From the NCBI GenBank assembly GCA_040394275.1, contig JBEBSO010000001.1:1-27067 (forward strand): a stretch of DNA of 27,067 nucleotides, written 5' to 3'. How positions within the stretch are numbered: the first letter of the stretch is position 1; each line of letters starts with the position of its first letter. The notes below the pieces were generated by a model, which had not been told where the DNA came from, made no database searches, and saw only the letters and a program-made list of their open reading frames with translations. Positions 18,751-26,288 of the stretch are shown one piece after another. Made by a program: the position numbers and the translations under genes. Source of the stretch: Telluribacter sp. Lineage in GTDB: Bacteria; Bacteroidota; Bacteroidia; Cytophagales; Spirosomataceae.

Positions 18751-18807
18751 AAAAAAGCCGTTTCCTGCTTCTTTTCAGGAACGACAATTCATATCAATAA
18801 AAGTGGC

Positions 18808-18882
18808 TGATGAAATGAGCACAAGCGAATGCGCCTGCAGACGTCCGGACCGGGATGGCGATGCCGGCGCATTCCATGTGAC
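18808..18882 (+). repeat. Structured intergenic element, copy B
   Basis: Homologous to 13309-13391; contains perfect 9-bp stem GAATGCGCC (18827-18835) / GGCGCATTC (18866-18874). Confidence 0.7.
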
Positions 18883-18910
18883 TGAAGTTGTCAGGCCAGG
18901 AAAGTAACAG

Positions 18911-20473
18911 ATGAGAAAAACAGTGCATTCAAAGACCCGCCGGAAGCTTTTTAAGAATTCCGTGCTGATGGGTATGGCCGGTACGATGGGCGCGTTTAAA
19001 AACTGGAGCCCCGGCGGGGAGCGCGCGGACGACTTTCCCAAATCGTCCGTCATTACAGAGGAAAACCGGAAACCGGGAACCACGGATTGGCAATTGACGT
19101 ATGTCCGGTCGAACAAGTACAGGTCCAATGTCATCGAAGGATATTGTTCGGCCACCAGCGTGAGCGTAGGAGAGGAGATCGAGATTTTTGTAAGCACCAG
19201 GCCGGCCACAGAAGTGTCGATCGATATCTACCGGATGGGATACTACGGGGGAAAGGGCGGAAGGCACATGGGTACCTACGGACCGTTTGCCACGGAAACC
19301 CAGCCCACCCCGCCGGTGGGAGAAAACCGTATCAGGGAGTGCAGGTGGAAGCCGACCGCACGCATCAGGATCCCCGGGGGATGGGTAAGCGGCGTATACC
19401 TGGGGAAGCTGTCCTGTAAGGCCCACCGTTACCAGAGCTATGTCATTTTTGTTGTCCGGGACAGCCGTAAGGCCGATATCCTTTTCCAGACGAGCGACAC
19501 GACCTGGCAGGCCTACAACAAATGGCCGGACAACTATTCGCTGTATGATACGGATCCGCCGGTGCGCGTCTGGAGCGCCACTACCTGGGTGAGCTATGAC
19601 CGCCCGTATGGCTGGTATCCGCAGGTGGTGGACCAGCCGTTGTCACAGGGATCGGGGGAATTCCTGCTGTGGGAATACCCGATGTGTTACTGGCTGGAGC
19701 AAAACGGGTATGATGTAACCTACGGATCCAATATCGATACCCACAACGGTAAGGCCGGGCTGAACCGGATCCGCTGTTTCCTTTCCGTCGGCCACGACGA
19801 GTACTGGAGCACGGAAATGTACGACAACATCGTGGCGGCCATTCAGGGTGGGCTGAGCGTAGCCTTCCTGAACGGTGATTCCGTTGTGGCGACGATCCCC
19901 CTCAACCAGCTCAATGACCAGGGGCGCCCATACCGGATTGTCCGCCGGACCGGCATGTTCGGGGGCATTTCGGCGGAAGACCGGGAGCTTTACCAGAAAG
20001 TGAAGGGATGGGCGCTCGACGTACTCCGGGAAAAATGGGAAAAGCACGGACCGCCCCAGGCCCGCCTGGTGGGCGGCCGGACGACATACCCCGGTAATGG
20101 TTCCGGTGACTGGACGCTCGTGAATGAAAAGCACTGGCTGCTGGAAGGGACAAAAATGAAGAACGGAGAAGCGATACCCGGGCTGGTGGGCTGGGAGTAC
20201 CACAGTGAGCCGCCTGATGATGTGCCCGGCCTGGAGGTGATCGCTTCGGGCAATGTCTACCGGGGAGACGGCTCTTCGTCGCCCTACGCCGCTACCATTT
20301 ATCCGGGCCCGAAAGGCAACTGGGTTTTCAATGCTTCGACGATCTACTGGTCGCTCGGGTTGTCGGATCCGCCGGGAGTGACCCTGCCGTATTCCCACCT
20401 GGGTCGCCCGCACGGAGTAGACGCCAGGGTACAGCGGATCACGGCCAATTTCCTGAAGCGCTGCCTGCGCTAG
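18911..20473 (+). CDS. N,N-dimethylformamidase beta-subunit-like (DUF6605-type) protein, probable Tat substrate
   Basis: TRRKLFK twin-arginine-like leader; family motifs EN.KPGTT.W, IEGY....SV..GE.I, IYRMGYYGG.GGR, W.SGVY, FVVRD, LFQTSDTTWQAYN, VSYDRPY, WLEQNGYDVTY, FLSVGHDEYWS. Confidence 0.75.
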   Translation: MRKTVHSKTRRKLFKNSVLMGMAGTMGAFKNWSPGGERADDFPKSSVITEENRKPGTTDWQLTYVRSNKYRSNVIEGYCSATSVSVGEEIEIFVSTRPATEVSIDIYRMGYYGGKGGRHMGTYGPFATETQPTPPVGENRIRECRWKPTARIRIPGGWVSGVYLGKLSCKAHRYQSYVIFVVRDSRKADILFQTSDTTWQAYNKWPDNYSLYDTDPPVRVWSATTWVSYDRPYGWYPQVVDQPLSQGSGEFLLWEYPMCYWLEQNGYDVTYGSNIDTHNGKAGLNRIRCFLSVGHDEYWSTEMYDNIVAAIQGGLSVAFLNGDSVVATIPLNQLNDQGRPYRIVRRTGMFGGISAEDRELYQKVKGWALDVLREKWEKHGPPQARLVGGRTTYPGNGSGDWTLVNEKHWLLEGTKMKNGEAIPGLVGWEYHSEPPDDVPGLEVIASGNVYRGDGSSSPYAATIYPGPKGNWVFNASTIYWSLGLSDPPGVTLPYSHLGRPHGVDARVQRITANFLKRCLR

Positions 20474-20497
20474 CTTTTGTGCCCGGGTGGCAAAAGC
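20473..20497. terminator. Hairpin between convergent genes (probable terminator)
   Basis: GCTTTTG...CAAAAGC inverted repeat directly after the stop codon, followed by a T-rich stretch. Confidence 0.45.
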
Positions 20498-20524
20498 AGT
20501 GAGTTTATGTTTTTTACCGGCGGT

Positions 20525-21676
20525 TTAGTGGCTTTTTTCCGCCTGGCCCCGGCCTTTCCATTGGTACGTTTTGGCTTGTCCCGCCACCCCGAAAAGAGTG
20601 ACGTATACCGGGTAAAATAGCTGGACGAGCGGGATGACCGGGATGCAGTGCGGTTTGCCCAGGAAGCGCAGCACCGTACTGATGAAAAGCCATTCCGGCA
20701 GGATCTTGAGAAGCGTCAGCGCGGCCAGGGTATATCCCGACAGGTGCCCGGTGAGCGTAAGCGGCAGGGCGGACAGCAGGACGGCGTTGACAGTGAAGAT
20801 GTATACTGCCAGCAGCCTGGGCGCTGCCGAACGGTAAAATTTCCATTTGCTCGCCCATCTTTTGCGTTGGTCGAAGAATGACCGCCAGCTGTGGTGCGGC
20901 CGGGTGTGGACGAGAGCGCTCCGGTCTTTCAGGAAGGCGACGGACCTGGGAAAAGCCGCAGAAATCCGGTGCATGAGCAATTCGTCGTCGCCGGACGCGA
21001 TACGGACGGTATCGCCGAAGCCTCCTACTGCCTCAAAAGCGGTCTTGCGGTAAGAAAGGTTGGCACCGTTGCACATGGCAGGCTTCCCGGCCGCAATGGC
21101 GCAGGCTCCGCTGCCGATCAGGCTGGAGAACTCGACGGTTTGAAGATAATCGGTGAGGCGTTCCTCCCGGGTGAAGGTGACGGGCCCTGCGACCAGCTGT
21201 ATGCCCGGCGGCGCATAGGCGTCGAGGTGTGCCCGGAGCCAGCCCGGCGGCACCCTGCAGTCGCCGTCAGTGGTCACGACAATCCCGCCCCGGCAGATGG
21301 CGATGGCGGAGGTGATGGCCCGTTTTTTAGGCGAAGCCGTTTCTGTTTCGGGGAGGGGAAGCAGCGTCAGGTCCAGGCCGGATGTCCCGGTAAAGGCGAG
21401 GACGCGCCCGGCGGTGTCGTCGGTCGACGCATCGTCAACGACCAGTACTTCAAATTGTTCCGGCGGAAGCGTCTGCCGTGCCAGGTCGTCCAGCAGGTCG
21501 GCGATATGGTCCGATTCGTTCCGCACCGGGATGATTACGCTGATCAGCGGTGTCCCGGCAGCCTGCAGGCTGCTTTGTCCTGTCGCGGGCGGCCGGATCC
21601 GGTTCCAGGTCACGTACAGGAGCAGTGTAAAAAGAGTATACGAGCCGATCAGCAGGAAGAGAAAGCTCTCGGTCAT
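20525..21676 (-). CDS. Glycosyltransferase family 2, membrane-bound
   Basis: ISVIIPVRNE, VVDDASTD, TTDGDC (DxD), CNGANLSY, SGDDELL, QRKRWA (QxxRW); N- and C-terminal TM segments. Confidence 0.9.
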   Translation of the reverse strand: MTESFLFLLIGSYTLFTLLLYVTWNRIRPPATGQSSLQAAGTPLISVIIPVRNESDHIADLLDDLARQTLPPEQFEVLVVDDASTDDTAGRVLAFTGTSGLDLTLLPLPETETASPKKRAITSAIAICRGGIVVTTDGDCRVPPGWLRAHLDAYAPPGIQLVAGPVTFTREERLTDYLQTVEFSSLIGSGACAIAAGKPAMCNGANLSYRKTAFEAVGGFGDTVRIASGDDELLMHRISAAFPRSVAFLKDRSALVHTRPHHSWRSFFDQRKRWASKWKFYRSAAPRLLAVYIFTVNAVLLSALPLTLTGHLSGYTLAALTLLKILPEWLFISTVLRFLGKPHCIPVIPLVQLFYPVYVTLFGVAGQAKTYQWKGRGQAEKSH

Positions 21677-22407
21677 TGCTCCCGTGGTCCGTCACCCTTG
21701 CCGCAGTATTTCTCCAGGGCGGTAGCGGCCTCCGTATAACCGAGTTTTTGTGCTTCCAGCAGGCTGTTGCAGGCAATTTCCCTCTCGCCGCTGTCATATT
21801 GCGCAAGTCCCAGGCCGTAAAAGGCTTTGCCGAATTTGGGATCGATCAGGGTTGCTTTCCGGAAATTGGCAATGGCCCGGGCATAGTCTTTCTGCCGGTA
21901 ATAGGTATTGCCCAGGTTATACCAGGCCAGCACGTTTTTGCTGTTGAGCCTGACAGCCTTTTCGAAATCCGCGTTGGCCCGGGGCATGCTGTCGAGCAGC
22001 GCGTACACCTGCCCCCGGTTCAGAAATACATCCGCAGTATCCGGCGCCGCCTCAGCGGCCTTGCTGTAATCTTCCAGCGCTTCTTCCAGCTTGTTTTGGG
22101 AGGTAAAAAGGAGAGCCCGGTTGAAGTAAGCCTTATAGGAACGGGGCTCGAGCCTGATGGCCTGGTCATAGTCCAGCAGCGCATTGTCAAATGATCTCAT
22201 CTCGAAATGGGCCACTCCGCGGGTATTGAAGGCCTCCGCGTTTTTCAGGTTTTTTTCAATGGCTTTATTGAGGTATTCCAGCGCTTCCCCCGTTTTGCCC
22301 TCGCGCATCAGCGCTTTCCCTTTCTGCAGGAAAGCATCGGACGACTGGGAGCAGGCGGTGAGGAGGGGAATAGCGAGGATCTTGAAGTATATAAAAAAAT
22401 TTTTCAT
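21673..22407 (-). CDS. Tetratricopeptide-repeat lipoprotein
   Basis: ATG 22407 gives MKNFFIYFKILAIPLLTAC lipobox; successive TPR units (AFNTRGVA.., AYFNRAL.., VFLNRGQ.., AWYNLGN.., AFYGLGL..). Confidence 0.88.
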   Translation of the reverse strand: MKNFFIYFKILAIPLLTACSQSSDAFLQKGKALMREGKTGEALEYLNKAIEKNLKNAEAFNTRGVAHFEMRSFDNALLDYDQAIRLEPRSYKAYFNRALLFTSQNKLEEALEDYSKAAEAAPDTADVFLNRGQVYALLDSMPRANADFEKAVRLNSKNVLAWYNLGNTYYRQKDYARAIANFRKATLIDPKFGKAFYGLGLAQYDSGEREIACNSLLEAQKLGYTEAATALEKYCGKGDGPREQ

Positions 22408-22515
22408 TGAAAACGATTTGATCCGGCCGGGAGCGCCGGAAGTTAAAAAGCTGTTAAATAGATTTTTAGACCGGTTTTCCGCACATCCGGCATAAGCCTG
22501 TAACGATCTTCTCGT

Positions 22516-22523
22516 CAAAGTTA
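22516..22523 (-). promoter_or_regulatory. -7 promoter element for the TPR-GT2 unit
   Basis: Minus strand TAACTTTG. Confidence 0.5.
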
Positions 22524-22546
22524 GCTTAACATTACGAAAAAAGCAT

Positions 22547-22554
22547 TACTTTTG
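22547..22554 (+). promoter_or_regulatory. -7 promoter element for SRP RNA
   Basis: TACTTTTG, ending 5 nt before the predicted RNA 5' end. Confidence 0.65.
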
Positions 22555-22558
22555 CATT

Positions 22559-22649
22559 GGCAAATCGGAACTACCAGCTCCTACTGAATCCCCCAGGTCC
22601 TGACCGAAGCAAGGGTAGGTAGTTGTAGCGGTGAGATTCTTGGTTTGCC
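22559..22649 (+). ncRNA. ffs: Signal recognition particle RNA (small 4.5S type)
   Basis: Terminal stem GGCAAATC/GGTTTGCC, inner helices CTAC/GTAG and CCTA/TAGG, conserved domain IV symmetric loop CAGG...AGCA; promoter upstream and T-run downstream. Confidence 0.88.
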
Positions 22650-22739
22650 ATTTTTTATTTCTATGCTTCAATTGCTATCTTGCAGCAAATTTATTTCCCG
22701 GGTCTTCGGGAAGTTTCCACTTAAAAACAACAATTACAA

Positions 22740-23396
22740 ATGAAGTTTTTCATTGATACGGCTAACCTGAAAGAAATTGAAGAGGCGCAGTCGCTGGGGG
22801 TATTGGATGGGGTGACAACAAATCCTTCCCTGATGGCAAAAGAAGGGATTGTAGGAAAAAATAATATAATGAGCCACTACAAAGCCATCTGCGATATCGT
22901 GGAAGGCGATGTAAGCGCGGAAGTGATCGCTACCGACTTCGACGGGATGGTCAGGGAAGGGGAGGAGCTGGTCGAAATCGATAGTAAAATCGTTGTAAAG
23001 GTGCCGATGATCAAGGACGGGGTGAAAGCATTGCGGTATTTTACCAATAAGGGTATCCGTACCAACTGTACGCTGGTGTTTTCGGCAGGACAGGCATTGC
23101 TGGCCGCGAAGGCCGGAGCGACCTACGTGTCGCCTTTCCTGGGCCGTCTGGATGACATCAGCTTTGACGGTATCTCTCTCATCGAGCAGATCGTGACGAT
23201 TTACCGTAACTATAACATTGAAACGCAGGTGCTCGCGGCATCCATCCGGGGACCGCTGCACATCATCCAGTGCGCAGAGCTGGGAGCCGACGTGATGACC
23301 GGACCGCTCAGTGCCATCCTGGCGCTTCTGAAGCATCCGCTTACAGATGTCGGCCTGGAGAAATTCCTCGCAGATTACAAAAAAGGAAATTCCTGA
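22740..23396 (+). CDS. fsa: Transaldolase / fructose-6-phosphate aldolase family protein (TalC/MipB type)
   Basis: [20 protein letters not shown] (Schiff-base K87), [36 protein letters not shown]; E61 and F133 point to transaldolase activity. Confidence 0.93.
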   Translation: MKFFIDTANLKEIEEAQSLGVLDGVTTNPSLMAKEGIVGKNNIMSHYKAICDIVEGDVSAEVIATDFDGMVREGEELVEIDSKIVVKVPMIKDGVKALRYFTNKGIRTNCTLVFSAGQALLAAKAGATYVSPFLGRLDDISFDGISLIEQIVTIYRNYNIETQVLAASIRGPLHIIQCAELGADVMTGPLSAILALLKHPLTDVGLEKFLADYKKGNS

Positions 23397-23465
23397 TAAA
23401 ATACCCGGGCAATGGCGCCATGCGGATCCGTCCGCAGGGGCCATTGCCTCTTAATTTGGAGCAAA

Positions 23466-24179
23466 ATGCGTTACAGGCAGGAGCCGGTAGTCCAGTTGGA
23501 AAATGCGGACATCTATCAGGGAGACAAGCTTGTGCTTTCGGATGTCTCGTTTTCCATTAACCGCGGTGACTTTGTGTTTTTGATCGGGCGTACCGGGAGC
23601 GGTAAGAGTTCCCTGCTGAAAACCCTCTATGGGGACCTCTGGTTAAAATCCGGCTCCGCAGTCGTCTCCGGCTATCAGCTTCACGCCATCAAACACAGTG
23701 AGATCCCGTTTCTCCGGCGAAAAATAGGGATCGTCTTCCAGGACTTCCAGCTGCTTACCGACCGCAACGTGCAGGACAATCTTTCGTTCGTGTTGCGGGC
23801 GACGGGCTGGAAGGACAAGAGCCTGATCTCCGATCGTATCGGTGAGGTGCTCACCCAGGTGGGACTGAGCTATATCCACCGCAAGATGCCCCACCAGCTT
23901 TCGGGAGGCGAGCAGCAGCGCGTGGTCATCGCGCGGGCCATGCTCAATGAGCCGCAGATCCTGCTGGCAGACGAGCCTACCGGCAACCTTGACCCGGCCG
24001 TGGGAGAGCAGATCATGCAGGTGTTTCAAACCATCAACAAGACCGGCACGGCGATCCTCATGGCCACCCACAATTATGATTTCCTGAAAAATTACCCGTC
24101 CCGCGTGATCCGCTGCGGAGGCGGCGTGGTGAAAGAAGAATTTACCGATCCGGGGCCGACTCCCGAAGCCGGGGCCTGA
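23466..24179 (+). CDS. ftsE: FtsE-like ABC ATP-binding protein
   Basis: Walker [33 protein letters not shown], Walker [18 protein letters not shown]; start placed at ATG 23466. Confidence 0.8.
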   Translation: MRYRQEPVVQLENADIYQGDKLVLSDVSFSINRGDFVFLIGRTGSGKSSLLKTLYGDLWLKSGSAVVSGYQLHAIKHSEIPFLRRKIGIVFQDFQLLTDRNVQDNLSFVLRATGWKDKSLISDRIGEVLTQVGLSYIHRKMPHQLSGGEQQRVVIARAMLNEPQILLADEPTGNLDPAVGEQIMQVFQTINKTGTAILMATHNYDFLKNYPSRVIRCGGGVVKEEFTDPGPTPEAGA

Positions 24180-24216
24180 ATCCCGGTTCGCACGATCCCG
24201 GTCGGCGTGGCGGGCA

Positions 24217-24642
24217 TTATTTCAATCGCTCCAGCACACCTTTCCGTTTCACAAGGTTTTTATAATCCCATTGAATTTCCTTCGACTTTTCAAGCCAGCG
24301 TTTTAAATCCCCGGTGTCGATTTCGTCGGCTGAATTGTAAAAGACGGAAGCGTCCTTGAATTTTTCACCCCTTACATCGAGCTGGGCTTCGTCAAAGCCG
24401 GCGCCGCTCCAGAACATCAGCCGGATGCCTTTTTTCTGCCTGGAGTAGCCGGCGATCGGGTTGCCGTCGATAAACCAGACCGGGTGGCGGTGCCAGACTT
24501 TCGCAGTGACCGTTCCGGCGGCGTCCCCCGCAGCCGGCTCGAGGTGCGTGCCGATCTCCCGGGCGAGCAGCTCGCAGATAACCCGGTCTTCCGCTGTTAG
24601 CGACCGGTGGTAATCAGCAATGTCTTTTGGAATTGTTCCCAT
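24217..24642 (-). CDS. DUF1801 (YdhG-like) domain protein
   Basis: KVWHRHPVWFIDGNPIAGYS, IRLMFWSG..FDE, L.RWLEKS..IQWDYKN pattern. Confidence 0.78.
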   Translation of the reverse strand: MGTIPKDIADYHRSLTAEDRVICELLAREIGTHLEPAAGDAAGTVTAKVWHRHPVWFIDGNPIAGYSRQKKGIRLMFWSGAGFDEAQLDVRGEKFKDASVFYNSADEIDTGDLKRWLEKSKEIQWDYKNLVKRKGVLERLK

Positions 24643-24648
24643 CGTGCG

Positions 24649-24837
24649 CTACTTGTTTAAGCCGGACAGCAATTTGTCCGGGTTTTGCATTGCCATTGTA
24701 AAGCCTTCCTTAAAGCCCATGGCGATCATGGTTTCGATGTCTTCCCGGCGATCGTGCTGGAGGGTGACGTTTACGGTAGTGAGGCCGTTTTCTTCCGAGA
24801 AAAGAATCGTCCAGGAAGAGCGCGGCTTCTCCGTATT
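24649..24837 (-). pseudogene. C-terminal remnant of an SRPBCC/AHSA1-like protein
   Basis: NTEKPRSSWTILFSEENGLTTV.VTLQH...EDIETMIAMGFKEGFTMAM resembles the C-terminal third of Bacteroidota SRPBCC proteins; the N-terminal part is absent, and the upstream frame runs into a hairpin with only a TTG start. Confidence 0.65.
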
Positions 24838-24888
24838 TGTGACACCAATAGGTTGCGAATGTATATACAACTTTTTGGTGTCACAAAT
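24835..24888. repeat. 14-bp perfect inverted repeat forming a 54-nt hairpin
   Basis: ATTTGTGACACCAA (24835-24848) / TTGGTGTCACAAAT (24875-24888); the inner AGGTTG/CAACTT segment extends the stem. Confidence 0.8.
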
Positions 24889-24951
24889 TTCCGCGGGAAT
24901 TGATACGCATTCTCTGCTTCCGCTTCGCCATATGGTGTTCAGGTTCCTTCA

Positions 24952-25671
24952 TCAGCAGCAGGTAGCGCTGCTCATGAGGTATAACGTTCCGATTATCAGG
25001 ACATCCTGCAGGAAGTGAATGGTCCAGGCCCAGAAAAAGCCTTTGGTCTCATACATTGATTTGGCCAGTACAAAGCCCAGGACTCCCGCCATGGTTACGC
25101 CGATGATACCGTTGGGCATTCCCGCAAAATGGGGCAGGCCGAATAATATAGCCGAAATAAAGAAGATGGTGGTGGGTGGAAGCTGGCCGCTTAAAGGCGA
25201 CACGATTCCCAGCCTGCAGATCATTTCTTCGCCGAAGGAATTTGTCAGCGAAAACAGCAGGATCCAGCCTATCCCGTTTTGTAAATTTATCCGGCCGGGG
25301 TTCACCTGGCTGAGCTGAAAATAAAGAAATGCCGCCGTTGCCAGGCTAATGACCACGCAGAGCGACAGCCCTGTTTTCACCCAGGTGTCGCCCTCCCTGA
25401 TGCCGAACAATTTTAGCTCCTGCCCGGGTGCCGAAATGCTGCCGAAGGAAAAATAGGTGGCAAAATTTCTTCTGTTCAGCAGGTAAGTGGTGCACAGGGA
25501 AACGGCCGTGAAAAGCAGCAGCAACGCCTGGTAGCTGAACTGTTCTGAAACATACCTGTTGCCGCTGACGGCGAAGCTGAAGCTTTTGCTCCATTGTCCG
25601 GCCAGTAAAAGCCCTGCCAGGTAGAGGATGGTCAGAGCAACCGGAAGTATGGTTTTGATCGGGATGGTCAT
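24952..25671 (-). CDS. CPBP (Abi/CAAX) family intramembrane metalloprotease
   Basis: Multiple TM segments; NSFGEEMICR (EExxxR), FGLPHF and WTIHFLQD motifs. Confidence 0.82.
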   Translation of the reverse strand: MTIPIKTILPVALTILYLAGLLLAGQWSKSFSFAVSGNRYVSEQFSYQALLLLFTAVSLCTTYLLNRRNFATYFSFGSISAPGQELKLFGIREGDTWVKTGLSLCVVISLATAAFLYFQLSQVNPGRINLQNGIGWILLFSLTNSFGEEMICRLGIVSPLSGQLPPTTIFFISAILFGLPHFAGMPNGIIGVTMAGVLGFVLAKSMYETKGFFWAWTIHFLQDVLIIGTLYLMSSATCC

Positions 25672-25739
25672 GTTTCTGGATGCGGGTGATATACTTGCCG
25701 CCGGAAAAGGCTGGCCGGGTCAAATTGTCAGGCTGATTT

Positions 25740-26288
25740 TCAATATACCAGAATTCCGAGCAAAGCAACGCCAAAGATCAGCAGGACCGGGTGGAGCCGG
25801 AAGCGTACGGCCAAAAAAAGCGTCCCGAGAAAAAACAAGGGGCTTAAATCGTCCGTAAAATTCTCGGGCGTCATCAGGGAATAGGCGGCAAACCCCATCA
25901 GGGCAATGCCCAGCGGGCGGATGCCGCTGAGGATGGCGTTGAAATATAAATTGCTCCGGAATCGTGCATAGGAATACGAAATGAAGACTATCAGCAAAAA
26001 AGCGGGAAGGCAAACCGTGAGCGTGGCCATCACTGATCCGAACATGGAAACAACAGGAGAATATCCTGCGTTCCGCACAGCGCTGAAACCGGCATAGGTA
26101 GCCGTGTTGATGCCGATGGGTCCGGGAGTGGTTTGGGAAATGGCCACCAGGTCCGTAAATTCCTTGTTGGTCATCCAACGGTTTTGCGTCACCACTTCGT
26201 CCTGTATAAGGGAGAGCATGGCATAACCTCCCCCGAAACCGAAAAGGCCGATCTTTAGGAACACCCAGAATAATTTTAAAAATATCAT
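25740..26288 (-). CDS. chrA: Chromate transporter, short-chain half (second subunit)
   Basis: FLKIGLFGFGGGYAM, LVAISQTTPGPIGINTATYAG; ATG 26288 overlaps the upstream TGA (ATGA). Confidence 0.88.
   Translation of the reverse strand: MIFLKLFWVFLKIGLFGFGGGYAMLSLIQDEVVTQNRWMTNKEFTDLVAISQTTPGPIGINTATYAGFSAVRNAGYSPVVSMFGSVMATLTVCLPAFLLIVFISYSYARFRSNLYFNAILSGIRPLGIALMGFAAYSLMTPENFTDDLSPLFFLGTLFLAVRFRLHPVLLIFGVALLGILVY

Noticed and set aside
18807-18830. CTGATGA...GAA resembling a hammerhead ribozyme core
   Set aside because: No stem II can form between CUGAUGA and GAA, there is no GAAA, and copy A has UUGAUGA
24849-24874. GTTG...CAAC suggesting an attC site or an orphan CRISPR repeat
   Set aside because: The order of the GTT and AAC boxes is reversed relative to attC; it is single-copy with no spacers, cas genes or integrase
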